From Candidatus Latescibacterota bacterium (GTDB lineage Bacteria; Latescibacterota; UBA2968; UBA8231): a stretch of 64,000 nt of DNA. The notes under the pieces were generated by a model. The model did not search any database. It was not told where the DNA came from and saw nothing but the letters and a program-made list of their open reading frames with translations. Positions 29,164-38,411 of this stretch are shown piece after piece. Every line of letters begins with the position of its first letter. Within the stretch, counting starts at the first letter, position 1. The DNA is taken from NCBI GenBank assembly GCA_964291625.2, contig OZ220089.1:4544001-4608000 (forward strand), given 5' to 3'. A program made the translations under genes and the position numbers.

Positions 29164-30180
29164 ATGGCATCGAAGACAGGCTTTCGCTGCGGCGTGATCG
29201 GATACGGAGGCGCCTTCAACATGGGGCGCGCCCATCTATCGTCGATGGAGAAGGCAGGCATGGCGGCCGTCGCGGTCTGCGATCTGGACCCCGAGCGCCG
29301 CAAGGCGGCGGAGCAGGACTTTCCGGGGATTTCCACCTATGCCCGTCCTGGAGGCATGCTGCGTCACTCCGACCTCGACCTCGTGGCCATCATCACGCCC
29401 CACAATACCCATGCAAAGCTGGCCCTGCAGGCTCTCGACGCCAAGGTCGGGGCTGTGTGCGAGAAACCGATGGCGGTCACCTCCCGAGAGGTGAAGGCGA
29501 TGCTGGCGGCGGCTCGCCGCAACCGGGTGATGCTCTCCGCCTTCCACAACCGCCGATGGGACGGGGACTACCTGCTCCTGCGGGAATTGATCCAGAAGGA
29601 GAGGATCATCGGCCGGGTCTTCCGCCTGGAAGCCGGGTTCGGAGGCTACGGCCGACAACCGGACTGGTGGCGGGCGGACAGGACGATCTCCGGCGGAGCG
29701 ATCTATGACTGGGGCGCCCACTTTACGGACTGGATCCTGGGACTGGTGAGGGACGATATCGACTGGGTGAGCGGTTACCAGGTGAAGTGTACGGAATGGG
29801 AGGACTATACGAACGAGGACCACTCCGAGTACACCCTCAAGTTCCATGGGGGCTGCCTGGCCCACCTGGTGATCTCCAATCTGGCCATGTCCTCACGGCC
29901 GAAGTGGCGGATCCTCGGCGACCGGGGATCGATCGAAGCGGCGGCCGACGGCGCCTACCTGGTGAAGGCGCTGGTGAATGGCCGCCAGATGGAGACGCGC
30001 CTTACCCCTCCGGCCTCCAATTGGGACGCCTATTACGAGAACGTGAAGCGCCACCTTCAGGGCAGGGCCGCCCTCGCGGTGACCCCGGAGTCGGCGGCGC
30101 GGGTCATCGGTGTGCTGGAGGCGGCCAACCTCTCGGCTAGGCGCAAGGGCGGCATGCCGGTGAGACCGGCCTTCAAGTAG
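29164..30180 (+). CDS. Gfo/Idh/MocA family oxidoreductase
   Basis: IGYG, CEKPMA, FHNRRWDGD and GGAIYDWGAHFTD. Confidence 0.9.
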   Translation: MASKTGFRCGVIGYGGAFNMGRAHLSSMEKAGMAAVAVCDLDPERRKAAEQDFPGISTYARPGGMLRHSDLDLVAIITPHNTHAKLALQALDAKVGAVCEKPMAVTSREVKAMLAAARRNRVMLSAFHNRRWDGDYLLLRELIQKERIIGRVFRLEAGFGGYGRQPDWWRADRTISGGAIYDWGAHFTDWILGLVRDDIDWVSGYQVKCTEWEDYTNEDHSEYTLKFHGGCLAHLVISNLAMSSRPKWRILGDRGSIEAAADGAYLVKALVNGRQMETRLTPPASNWDAYYENVKRHLQGRAALAVTPESAARVIGVLEAANLSARRKGGMPVRPAFK

Positions 30181-30184
30181 GAGG

Positions 30185-30526
30185 ATGCAAGGCTTGGAGG
30201 AGGTCGACTCTCAGGTCGTTGCCCGGGCCTCCAACCTGATCGGGCTGGGGGCCCGCTCGGGGGCCGTCGTTGTGGGACTATCCGCCGTGCGGAGGACCGG
30301 GGATCTCGCCTTGGTATTCCTGGCGGCTTCCGTATCGGCAAACACCCAGGAGGAGCTCTCCCGCTTGCAGAGAGACGGAGTCCGGGTGGTCCGCTGTCCC
30401 TCCCTGGAGCCCTTGACGGCGGCCATGGGGCGCCAGGATGCATCGGTCGTGGGAGTCCGGACGGGCTCCATGGCCGCGGGGATTATCGCCCGTATGGAGC
30501 CGGAGGCAGGCGCGGCCGGGCGTTAG
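30185..30526 (+). CDS. L7Ae/L30e/YlxQ-family RNA-binding protein
   Basis: NLIGLGARSGAVVVG...VFLAASVSANT...LTAAMGRQDASVVGV matches the YlxQ/L7Ae pattern LGLAxRAGxxxxG...xLAxDxSxNT...LGxAxGxxxxxVVAV. Confidence 0.65.
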   Translation: MQGLEEVDSQVVARASNLIGLGARSGAVVVGLSAVRRTGDLALVFLAASVSANTQEELSRLQRDGVRVVRCPSLEPLTAAMGRQDASVVGVRTGSMAAGIIARMEPEAGAAGR

Positions 30527-30568
30527 CTGGTAGAGCAGATCGAGCCGTCCATGGTTAGGCCCGTACGT

Positions 30569-30618
30569 AGAAAAAGACCCTCGAGGGAGCAGTGACGCTG
30601 TCCCTCGAGGGTCTTTCT
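30569..30618. terminator. Bidirectional intrinsic terminator
   Basis: AGAAAAAGACCCTCGAGGGA...TCCCTCGAGGGTCTTTCT is a long inverted repeat with A/T tails on both sides, between convergent genes. Confidence 0.85.
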
Positions 30619-30638
30619 GGTGTTGAACGGCGCGCCTC

Positions 30639-33600
30639 TTAGAAGTGCATCGCGCCCCTTACGTCGACGCGGTTCTCGGCCTGACGGCGGTCGATTCGGC
30701 CCGCGGAGACATCGAGATCCATCATTTCGAAAGCGGTACCTCTCAGGCCTTCGAAGCGGACCCCGAGGCGCATCTGCGAACCAGCCCCGGCGGGGCCGAG
30801 CAGGGCGAAGGGTGTGAGCACAGCCGGCACCGGCTGGAGCCGCATGCCGTAACCGACCTGCGCGTCCATGGACCAGTCATCCCGCGCGGAACCGAGATGG
30901 CCGATCGTCCGGAAGGCATCGTCGCGCAACAGCGCCTGGGCGCCACCGCCGCTGGCACCCCAACTGGGCGCCAAGGCCATGGACAGGCCAAGCCCATCCG
31001 CCCCCGGCGAGTAGCTGGCCATGACGCTGCCGCCGGTCTCGCTGTAAGCGGAGTTCAGAGCCAGGACACGGCCCCGGGCCTCCAGGCGGAAGCGCGACCT
31101 CGGGCACTCGTAGCGGAAGCCGCCCGCGGCTTCGAGACCGCCGCCGGTCTGACCGTCACCACCGTCAAAGCGTCCGCTCAACTCGCCGTAGGGCGTCACC
31201 TTCGCGCAACTGGACATCTGGAAGGTGTGCGCTCCCTCGAGTCCCAGGCGGAAGCGCTGGGCGTCCACGGCCTGGTCGGCGATCACGCCGACGCCTTCGT
31301 CGGTGGAGAGATTCACCGTGCCGGCGTCGCCGCGCAGCGCCACATCCAATCCACCCAGGTTGCCCAGGGACCGTCTTGCGCCCATGATCCCCAGAGCCAT
31401 GAGCAGGTCGTTCTCTTCCGTGGTACCAGAGACGCCGCGCTCATTCTCCACGGTGCCAACACCCAGGCCACCGATGGCCCAGATGTCCACGCCCTTGCTG
31501 GGCGCGACGCGGAGGTAGGGGTAGACGCTCGTGAGAACCGTTGTCAAGGCACCCGACCCGCTGGCGCCCTCACCTTCGAAGTCGTAGTCGGTCTCTCCCA
31601 TGCTGTAGGAGACCGTGGCACCGACCTGGGCGCTTGAGGCCACCCGCTTGTCGGCACCCAGGTAGACCGAGGTCACCGTACCACTGTGGCTGCCGTAGTC
31701 CGGCGTCCCTTCGAATGTGTTGTAATCGCCGAGTCCCCAGATCGTCCAGTTGGGCAGGTTCGGATCGGACCCGCCGCCGGACTCGCCCATGGGAACGGCG
31801 AAGGAGGTGCTGCGCAGGGCCTGCTGCCACGACATCTCGTTCCGCGAGCCCATCGCATACCGCATCTCGTTCTGCAGGCCGAGAGTACCAGCCCCCAGGT
31901 GGGCGGCGCCTCCCTCGCCCAGGAGGGAGGTACCGGCCAGGTTGATCTTCAGACTGGGCCTGGAGGAGAAGCGGGTACCGATTGCCGTCGATACACTGGA
32001 GAGCGTGGTCCGGCCGATCGCCGCCAGGGCGTCGCTGACGATCTGCGTCTCATTCGGTTCCGTGATCACGGTCACCGCAAAGCTCTGGGACGCGTCGGGA
32101 CCGATGGTGTTCATGGCGGTCACGGCGATCGAGGACGAGCCCTCGATCACCGGCGAGACCGTTACCTGGGATCCGTCCACGGAGACAGTGGCGACGCCCG
32201 GGTTCGAGGAAGTGGCGCTGAAGGCCATGTCGAGACCACGGAACTTGTCCGACAAGTCCACGACGCCGTCAGCCCCGCCAACATACAGAGTCATGTCGGG
32301 AATGGGAGTCACCACCGTCGGCTCATCGTCGTTGTCGGTGAGTGTGATCGTCGCCGACTGAACGGTGAATCCGGACGCGGACCCCTCGACAACGATTGTT
32401 TCATCGTACTCGGGAATGAGCTCGTCGGGCGGCGTCAGTGTCAGGACGCCGTCGGCTGAGGTCTCCGTGGCTGCGACCGTGATCGACGGCACGGAAGCGG
32501 AGTAGTCCGATCCTTCCTCGGCCGTGCCCGACAGGGACAGGGTGATCTGGGTGTCGTTCAACAGGGCGGTGCCGCCGTCGCCCAGGACGGCGGTCACGGT
32601 GATGGCCGTCTCGCCGTCGCTCTCGTCGAGGCTGTCCCTGCTGAGGCTGAGAGTGATCGTGGTGGGAGCCACGTCGTTGTCGGTAACGGTGAGCGTGACG
32701 TCACCGATGTCGTAACCGTCGGCGGTTCCCGTGAGTGTGATGGTTTTGTCGCCGTCAACGAGGTTCTCCTCGATGAGCGTCAGCGCCAGAGTTCCGCTGC
32801 CGACGGTCTCGCGCTCTTCAATCCTCAGGGCACCGCCGGCAGCGCCATTCTCATCGCTTCCGGCTATGGCGAGGTCGACGTCGATATGGCTCAACAGGGC
32901 GGTGCTTCCGTCGCCCAGGGTGGCGGTGACGGTAAGGCTCGTCTCACCGTCGCCCTCGTCGAAGGTATCGTTGTCCACCTCGAGAGTGATCGTGGTGGGA
33001 GCCACGTCGTTGTCGGTGACGGTGAGCTCGACATCGCCGATGTTGAAGCCGGCGGCGTCTCCGGTCAGCAGGATGATCTTGTCGCCGTCGACGAGGTTCT
33101 CCTCGATGAGCGTCAGCGACAGGGACCCGCTGGTGGAGGTCTCACCGGCGGAGATGGTGATGCTGGTTCCGGTGGCGGCATTGTCATCGCTCTCGGCCAC
33201 CGCGAGAGCAACCTCGGTGTCGCTGAGCAGGGCGGTGCTTCCGTCGCCCAGGGTGGCGGTGACGGTCAGGCTCGTCTCGCCGTCCCCTTCGTCAAAGGTG
33301 TTGTTGTCCACGGCCAGGACGATCGAGGTGGGAGCCACGTCGTTGTCGGTGATGCCGATCGACGCGGATTCGACGGTGAAGCCGTCGGCCGCACCGGCCA
33401 CCTCGATGGTCTCGTTCCCTTCGGCCAGGTTGTCGTCATTGGGCGTCAGGGTCAGGGTGCCGCTGCCACCGGTAGCCCCGGCGGCGACGGTGATGGTGAC
33501 CTCGGATGCCGTGTAGTCGGGGCCCAGGGCCTCGTCGGTCCCCGACAGGGACAGGGTTACCTGGGTCTCGGTGAGCAGGGCGGTGCTGCCGTCGCCCAGG

Positions 33601-36600
33601 GTGGCCGTCACCTCGATGGCCGTCTCCCCGGCGCTCTCATCCAGGCTGCCGGTATCGACGGCCAGGCTGATGGAGGTCGGAGCTGCATCGTCGTCGATCA
33701 GGGTAACCATCGTCGACTCGACGGCGAACCCCTCGGCCGCACCGGAGACCTCGATCGTCTCGTTGCCCTCGGCCAGGTTGTCGTCGACCACGGAAACCGC
33801 CACGGATCCGCTGCCCGCGGTAGCCCCGGCGGCAACGGTGATGGTGACCTCGGACGCCGTGTAGTCGGGGCCCAGGGCCTCGTCGGTCCCCGACAGGGAC
33901 AGGGTCACCTGCGTGTCCGTCAACAGGGCGGTGCTGCCGTCGCCCAGGGTGGCCGTCACCTCCACGGCCGTCTCACCGGCGCCTTCGGCCAGGCTGGCCG
34001 GGGGTGCCACGATGAGGTTGATGGAGGTGGGAGCCACGTCGTTGTCGGTGAGACCGATCGACGCGGACTCGACGGTGAAGCCGTCGGCGGCGCCCGCCAC
34101 CTCGATGGTCTCGTCCCCTTCGGCCAGGTTGTCGTCATTGGGCGTCAGGGTCAGGGTGCCGCTGCCCGCGGTAGCCCCGGCGGCGACGGTGATGGTGACC
34201 TCGACGGCCTCGTAGTCGGATCCCAGGGCCTCGTCGGTCCCCGACACGGAGAGGGCCACCTGCGTGTCCGTCAGCAGGGCGGTGCTGCCGTCGCCCAGGG
34301 TGGCCGTCACCTCCACGGCCGTCTCGCCGGCGTCCTCACCCAGGGTGGCTGTGTCGACTGTGAGGTCGATGGAGGTGGGAGCTACGTCGTTGTCGATGAG
34401 ACCGAGCGATGCGGACTCGACGGTGAAGCCGTCGGCCGCACCAGAGATCTCGATGGTTTCGTCTCCCTCGGCCAGGTTGTCGTCGGCCACGGAGATCGAT
34501 ACCGATCCGCTGCCATCGGTGGCGCCGGGGGCGACGATAATCGTGACGTCGGCCGCCGTGTAGTCGGCCCCGAGGACCTCATGGGTGCCGGACAGGGACA
34601 GGGCGACCTGGGTTTCCGTCAGCAGGGCGGTGCTGCCGTCGCCCAAGGTGGCCGTCACCTCCACGGCCGTGTCGCCGGCGCCCTCGTCGAGGCTGCCCGG
34701 GTCCACGGTGAGCGTGATGGAGGTGGGAACCACATCGTTGTCGGTCAAGGTGATCATCGCCGACGCGACGGTGAAGCCGTCGGCGGCGCCGGCCACCTCG
34801 ATGATTTCGTCCCCTTCGCCGGCCAGGATGTCGTCGATCGGTGTCAGGGGCAGGGTGCCGCTGCCATTGGTGGCCCCGGCAGGGACGGTGACGGTGACCT
34901 CGACTTCCTCGTAGTCGGGGCCCAGATCCACATGGGTCCCCGAAAGTGACAAGGCGACCTCAGTATCGGTGATCAGGGCGGTGCTGTCGTCACCGAGGGT
35001 GGCGGTCACGGTGATGGCGGTCTCGCCGGCGCCTTCATCCAGGCTGGCGGTATCGACGGCGAGGGTGATGGAGGTGGGAACGACATCGTTGTCGGTCAGG
35101 GTGATCGCCGCCGATTCGACGGTGAACCCGTCGGCGGCGCCGGCCACCTCGATGGTCTCGTCCCCCTCTCCGGCGAGGTTGTCGTCGTTGGGTGTCAGGG
35201 TCAGGGTGCCGCTGCCATCGACGTCGCCGGGGGCGACGGTGATGGTGAGCTCGTCTGCCGAGTAGTCGTCGCCCAGGGTCTCGTCGGTCCCCGACAGGGA
35301 GAGGGTGACCGCTGTCTCGGTGATCAGGGCGGTGCTGCCGTCACCCAGGGTGGCGGTCACGTTGATGGCGGTCTCGCCGGCGCCTTCAGCCAGGCTTTCG
35401 GTATCGACGGCGAGGGTGATGGAGGTGGGAACGACATCGTTGTCGGTCAGGGTGATCGCCGCCGATTCGACGGTGAACCCGTCGGCGGTGCCGGCCACCT
35501 CGATCGTCTCGTTCCCCTCGCCGGCGAGGTTGTCGTCGTTGGGCGTCAGCGTCAGCGTCGCGCTGCCCGCGGTCTGCTCTGCCGGAACGGTGATGGTGAT
35601 CTCGTCTGCCGAGTAGTCGTCTCCCAGGGTCTCGTCGGTCCCGGACAGGGAGACGGTTACCTGGGTGTCGACGATCAGGGCGGTGCTGCCGTCACCCAGG
35701 GTGGCGGTCACCTCCACGGCCGTCTCGCCGGCGCCCTCGTCCACCGTGGACGTGCCCACGGTGAGCGCGATCGTGGTGGGGGCCACGTCGTTGTCCGTCA
35801 CGGTGAGCCCGGTCCCGGTTACCTCCAGGTCCACCGGGGTAACCGTGGCACCCGCCGTCACGGCCGAAGCTCCCTCGACGATGATGGTCTCGGGGGTATC
35901 TCCCTCGGCCAAGTTGTCGTCGTTCAAGGAGATTGACAGGGTCGTGCTGCCCTGGGTCTCGCCGGCGGGAATGGTGATCGGCTCCGGCGACTCGGCCGTG
36001 TAGTCGCGGCCTTCCGCCTGCTCTGCCGTACCGGCATCCGATATCGAAACCTCCACCGGCGTGTTGATGGCCCACGCCCTGTCCAGCGTTGCCGTCACCG
36101 TGACCGACGCAACACCATCTCCCTCGCCAAGGTTGGTCCGGTCGACTGTGAGCGTGACCGCCGGCGGGGGACCCACGTCGACTGGTGCGTCGGCCACCGC
36201 GGGCTCGCTCTCATTGTCGCCGGCAGGGGGGGTGGCGGTAACCGAGTACGTATAGGTCGTCCCCACCGTGAAGGATTCATCGACGAATGTATTGACCCCG
36301 GCATTGACCGAGCCCACAAGCATGGGCTCGGCGTCGTCGGCGCCCTGGCGGTAGATGAGGTAGTCATCCACGCCATTGATGCCCGCAAAGGAGCCGCCCG
36401 AGGTGAAGTCGCCGGTGCCGACGGGAACGCTGCTGATCCGGTCGGAATCCGACAGCTCCCAGGAGACGGTGATGCCCGTTCCTTCGGCATTCATCTCGGC
36501 ACGTACCCCAGTGACCGACTCCGGCGTACGCTCGGCCTCGCCAGCTACTTGAGCGGTAGCCGGCAGACTCGTCCAAAGGAAGGTGCTCAACCCTATCGGG

Positions 36601-36635
36601 ATCAGCCTCCCAATCAATCCTCTGCTATGCGACAT
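30639..36635 (-). CDS. Giant autotransporter adhesin: signal peptide, FN3-like domain, 11 acidic Calx-beta-like repeats, Ig-like domain, C-terminal autotransporter beta-barrel
   Basis: 1998-aa ORF. Repeats of about 110-117 aa (LxEGAGETAxxVTATLGDGSTALL...DY...DDNLAEGxETI...TDND). Barrel strands LTTVLTSVYPYLR, RFRLGLEG, TPYGELSGRFDGGDG, ending in Phe. Confidence 0.9.
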   Translation of the reverse strand: MSHSRGLIGRLIPIGLSTFLWTSLPATAQVAGEAERTPESVTGVRAEMNAEGTGITVSWELSDSDRISSVPVGTGDFTSGGSFAGINGVDDYLIYRQGADDAEPMLVGSVNAGVNTFVDESFTVGTTYTYSVTATPPAGDNESEPAVADAPVDVGPPPAVTLTVDRTNLGEGDGVASVTVTATLDRAWAINTPVEVSISDAGTAEQAEGRDYTAESPEPITIPAGETQGSTTLSISLNDDNLAEGDTPETIIVEGASAVTAGATVTPVDLEVTGTGLTVTDNDVAPTTIALTVGTSTVDEGAGETAVEVTATLGDGSTALIVDTQVTVSLSGTDETLGDDYSADEITITVPAEQTAGSATLTLTPNDDNLAGEGNETIEVAGTADGFTVESAAITLTDNDVVPTSITLAVDTESLAEGAGETAINVTATLGDGSTALITETAVTLSLSGTDETLGDDYSADELTITVAPGDVDGSGTLTLTPNDDNLAGEGDETIEVAGAADGFTVESAAITLTDNDVVPTSITLAVDTASLDEGAGETAITVTATLGDDSTALITDTEVALSLSGTHVDLGPDYEEVEVTVTVPAGATNGSGTLPLTPIDDILAGEGDEIIEVAGAADGFTVASAMITLTDNDVVPTSITLTVDPGSLDEGAGDTAVEVTATLGDGSTALLTETQVALSLSGTHEVLGADYTAADVTIIVAPGATDGSGSVSISVADDNLAEGDETIEISGAADGFTVESASLGLIDNDVAPTSIDLTVDTATLGEDAGETAVEVTATLGDGSTALLTDTQVALSVSGTDEALGSDYEAVEVTITVAAGATAGSGTLTLTPNDDNLAEGDETIEVAGAADGFTVESASIGLTDNDVAPTSINLIVAPPASLAEGAGETAVEVTATLGDGSTALLTDTQVTLSLSGTDEALGPDYTASEVTITVAAGATAGSGSVAVSVVDDNLAEGNETIEVSGAAEGFAVESTMVTLIDDDAAPTSISLAVDTGSLDESAGETAIEVTATLGDGSTALLTETQVTLSLSGTDEALGPDYTASEVTITVAAGATGGSGTLTLTPNDDNLAEGNETIEVAGAADGFTVESASIGITDNDVAPTSIVLAVDNNTFDEGDGETSLTVTATLGDGSTALLSDTEVALAVAESDDNAATGTSITISAGETSTSGSLSLTLIEENLVDGDKIILLTGDAAGFNIGDVELTVTDNDVAPTTITLEVDNDTFDEGDGETSLTVTATLGDGSTALLSHIDVDLAIAGSDENGAAGGALRIEERETVGSGTLALTLIEENLVDGDKTITLTGTADGYDIGDVTLTVTDNDVAPTTITLSLSRDSLDESDGETAITVTAVLGDGGTALLNDTQITLSLSGTAEEGSDYSASVPSITVAATETSADGVLTLTPPDELIPEYDETIVVEGSASGFTVQSATITLTDNDDEPTVVTPIPDMTLYVGGADGVVDLSDKFRGLDMAFSATSSNPGVATVSVDGSQVTVSPVIEGSSSIAVTAMNTIGPDASQSFAVTVITEPNETQIVSDALAAIGRTTLSSVSTAIGTRFSSRPSLKINLAGTSLLGEGGAAHLGAGTLGLQNEMRYAMGSRNEMSWQQALRSTSFAVPMGESGGGSDPNLPNWTIWGLGDYNTFEGTPDYGSHSGTVTSVYLGADKRVASSAQVGATVSYSMGETDYDFEGEGASGSGALTTVLTSVYPYLRVAPSKGVDIWAIGGLGVGTVENERGVSGTTEENDLLMALGIMGARRSLGNLGGLDVALRGDAGTVNLSTDEGVGVIADQAVDAQRFRLGLEGAHTFQMSSCAKVTPYGELSGRFDGGDGQTGGGLEAAGGFRYECPRSRFRLEARGRVLALNSAYSETGGSVMASYSPGADGLGLSMALAPSWGASGGGAQALLRDDAFRTIGHLGSARDDWSMDAQVGYGMRLQPVPAVLTPFALLGPAGAGSQMRLGVRFEGLRGTAFEMMDLDVSAGRIDRRQAENRVDVRGAMHF
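32330..36160 (-). repeat. Intragenic tandem repeats (11 units, about 330-370 nt) of the autotransporter stalk
   Basis: The block CAGGGCGGTGCTGCCGTCGCCCAGGGTGGC recurs with variants at about 32590, 32920, 33250, 33600, 33950, 34300, 34650, 35000, 35350 and 35700, plus a divergent first unit near 36090. Confidence 0.9.
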
Positions 36636-37173
36636 TTCTGAGATCCTTTCTGAGTCGACTCGGATTTTTCTCGGTCGGGAACGGAACCACGCGCGGGATT
36701 GCCGTGGAAGGCCGTCCCGGGCAATGGTTCGTGTGGGCCAGGGCCGCGGCCCCGCAGGATGGGCGGTCGAGCCCGAGCCCGGTGTCCTGCGGTCTCAGCC
36801 GCGGTCGATCAACCAGCCGGCCCCGCTGGTGGCCTCCGGCGCGGCCACCATGGCCACGGAGGGGGGCATCCAACGGCGGGAACCCGCCAGGGGAGGAACG
36901 TCCCACAAGTGCGTAGAAGGGCTGAAGAATCGGGCCCGGGCCATGGGACACCATCACCGGGGCCCTGTCGAAGTCCTGGCCTGGCTGCCTGTGGAACCCA
37001 GCCCAGCCGGGCGCATCTGGATTCAGCATGAGCCTGGCACCACTGGGCCGTAAGCCGACCGTATCGGACCGGAGCGGCCTTGCGGGAGGCAAATGCCGCC
37101 GCTGGGTTCGGAATGGGAAGATCCGCTGAGGAGTTGGGACGGCGTCACCATGCCGTTTGGGGAGCCGACGCCC

Positions 37174-37309
37174 CCGCGTCTGGAGAGGTGTCCAAGCGAC
37201 CGAGTGCGCTGGACGCGCGAGGGAGGACAGCAGATATGCAATCTACGAGTCCAGGTTAGTTCGGAAACGGTGCGGCCCCCCGCTGGAAGGCAACCTGCAC
37301 CAGACGCGG
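37174..37309 (-). ncRNA. Candidate structured RNA (rod-like, nested stems) in the adhesin leader
   Basis: A perfect 10-bp outer stem CCGCGTCTGG/CCAGACGCGG encloses nested AGGT/ACCT, TCCA-GCG/CGC-T-TGGA, CCGA/TCGG, CTGGAC/GTCCAG and AGAT/ATCT pairs. No Rfam family recognised by eye. Confidence 0.3.
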
Positions 37310-37359
37310 CGCACCCAACCCTACCCGATTTGGTAGCGTATGACGAGGCAACGCCGAGG

Positions 37360-37388
37360 AATATAGCGATCACCCCAAAATACAGCAA
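37360..37388 (-). promoter_or_regulatory. Sigma70-type promoter pointing towards the adhesin
   Basis: Minus strand TTGCTG (37388-37383), 17-nt spacer, TATATT (37365-37360), in an AT-rich patch. Confidence 0.55.
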
Positions 37389-37410
37389 GTAGCCGCACAA
37401 ATCAAGGAAT

Positions 37411-37430
37411 CGGGGGCTTCGAGGCCCCTG
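37411..37430 (-). terminator. Possible terminator hairpin after nadC
   Basis: GGGGC..GCCCC stem just past the nadC stop, followed by T-rich ATTCCTTGATTT on the minus strand. Confidence 0.4.
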
Positions 37431-37442
37431 TTTCGGGAGGAT

Positions 37443-38411
37443 TCAGGGCCGCCCGGGGCGCCGTTCGTCGGACTGCGGAGAGCCGGGCTCGAACTCACGG
37501 GCCCTTCCCTCGGGCCGGGGGCCGTCTCCCGCCTCGAACAGCAGGCTCAGGTCCAGGGCCGGTGCCGAGTGGGTGAGGGCACCCACGGAGATCCAGTCGA
37601 CCCCGGTCTCGGCCACGGAGCGGATCTCCTCGAGGGTGATGCCGCCGGTGGCCTCGGTCTCCACGCCCGCCGCGGCGGCCTGCACGAGCCGCACGCAGTC
37701 AGCCATCGTGGTCCGGGGCATGTTGTCGAGGAGGATCCGGTCCGGCCGGCCCCGGGGACCGGCCCCCACCAGAGCCCGAACCTCCTCAAGGGTTTCCGCC
37801 TCACACATGATCGCGGTCCGTTCCCACCCAGGCTCCGTGGTCCCCGCCCGCGCCCGGCGGACCGCCTCGACCACCCCCCCGGCGGCGAGGGCGTGGTTCT
37901 CCTTGATGAGCACGGCGTCGTGCAGCCCGAAACGGTGATTGAAGCCGCCTCCGCTGCGTACAGCCTCCTTCTGCAGGCGCCGCAGGCCGGGGGTGGTCTT
38001 GCGGGTATCCGTGATGCGGGCGCGGGTCCCCCTCACGGCATCGACGTAGATCCGCGTCAGGGAGGCGATGCCCGACAACTGCTGAAGCAGGTTGAGAGCG
38101 GTGCGTTCGCCCACGAGGATGGGGGCGGCGGGGCCACTCAGGTGGAGGACGGTGGCGCCCGGGACCAGGGCGTCGCCATCGGCCAGGGCGGCGTCGACCG
38201 ATAGTCCTGGATGGAGCCGCCGGAAGACCAGGACCGCCGCTTGCACCCCGGCCGCGACCCCGGCGGCGCGGGACAGGATCCGGGCGCGGGCCTCCACGGC
38301 GCCGCCCACCGTCCACCGGGTGGTGACGTCCGCATCGGGGTCGAGTCGGCCGCCGAGATCCTCACGCAGGGCGCGTTCCACGATCTCCAGCAGGCCGGGG
38401 TCGCCCTTCAT
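37443..38411 (-). CDS. nadC: Nicotinate-nucleotide diphosphorylase (quinolinate phosphoribosyltransferase)
   Basis: GERTALN, DTRKTTPGLR, NHRFGL.DAVLIKENH, ILLDNM, EATGGI and ISVGALTHSA. Confidence 0.95.
   Translation of the reverse strand: MKGDPGLLEIVERALREDLGGRLDPDADVTTRWTVGGAVEARARILSRAAGVAAGVQAAVLVFRRLHPGLSVDAALADGDALVPGATVLHLSGPAAPILVGERTALNLLQQLSGIASLTRIYVDAVRGTRARITDTRKTTPGLRRLQKEAVRSGGGFNHRFGLHDAVLIKENHALAAGGVVEAVRRARAGTTEPGWERTAIMCEAETLEEVRALVGAGPRGRPDRILLDNMPRTTMADCVRLVQAAAAGVETEATGGITLEEIRSVAETGVDWISVGALTHSAPALDLSLLFEAGDGPRPEGRAREFEPGSPQSDERRPGRP

Noticed and set aside
36583-37400. Small proteins in the adhesin upstream region (ORFs of 70-156 aa on both strands)
   Set aside because: No family motifs, no RBS and no GC3 bias like neighbouring genes.
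36636-37400. Known riboswitch (c-di-GMP-I, cobalamin, TPP, SAM), SRP RNA or tRNA
   Set aside because: I could not find their conserved sequence cores by eye on either strand. A covariance-model search is needed to exclude them properly.
29000-37400. Genomic island or mobile element around the adhesin (slightly lower GC)
   Set aside because: No integrase, transposase, tRNA target or flanking direct repeats were seen. The composition shift is explained by Thr/Asp-rich codons and non-coding DNA.
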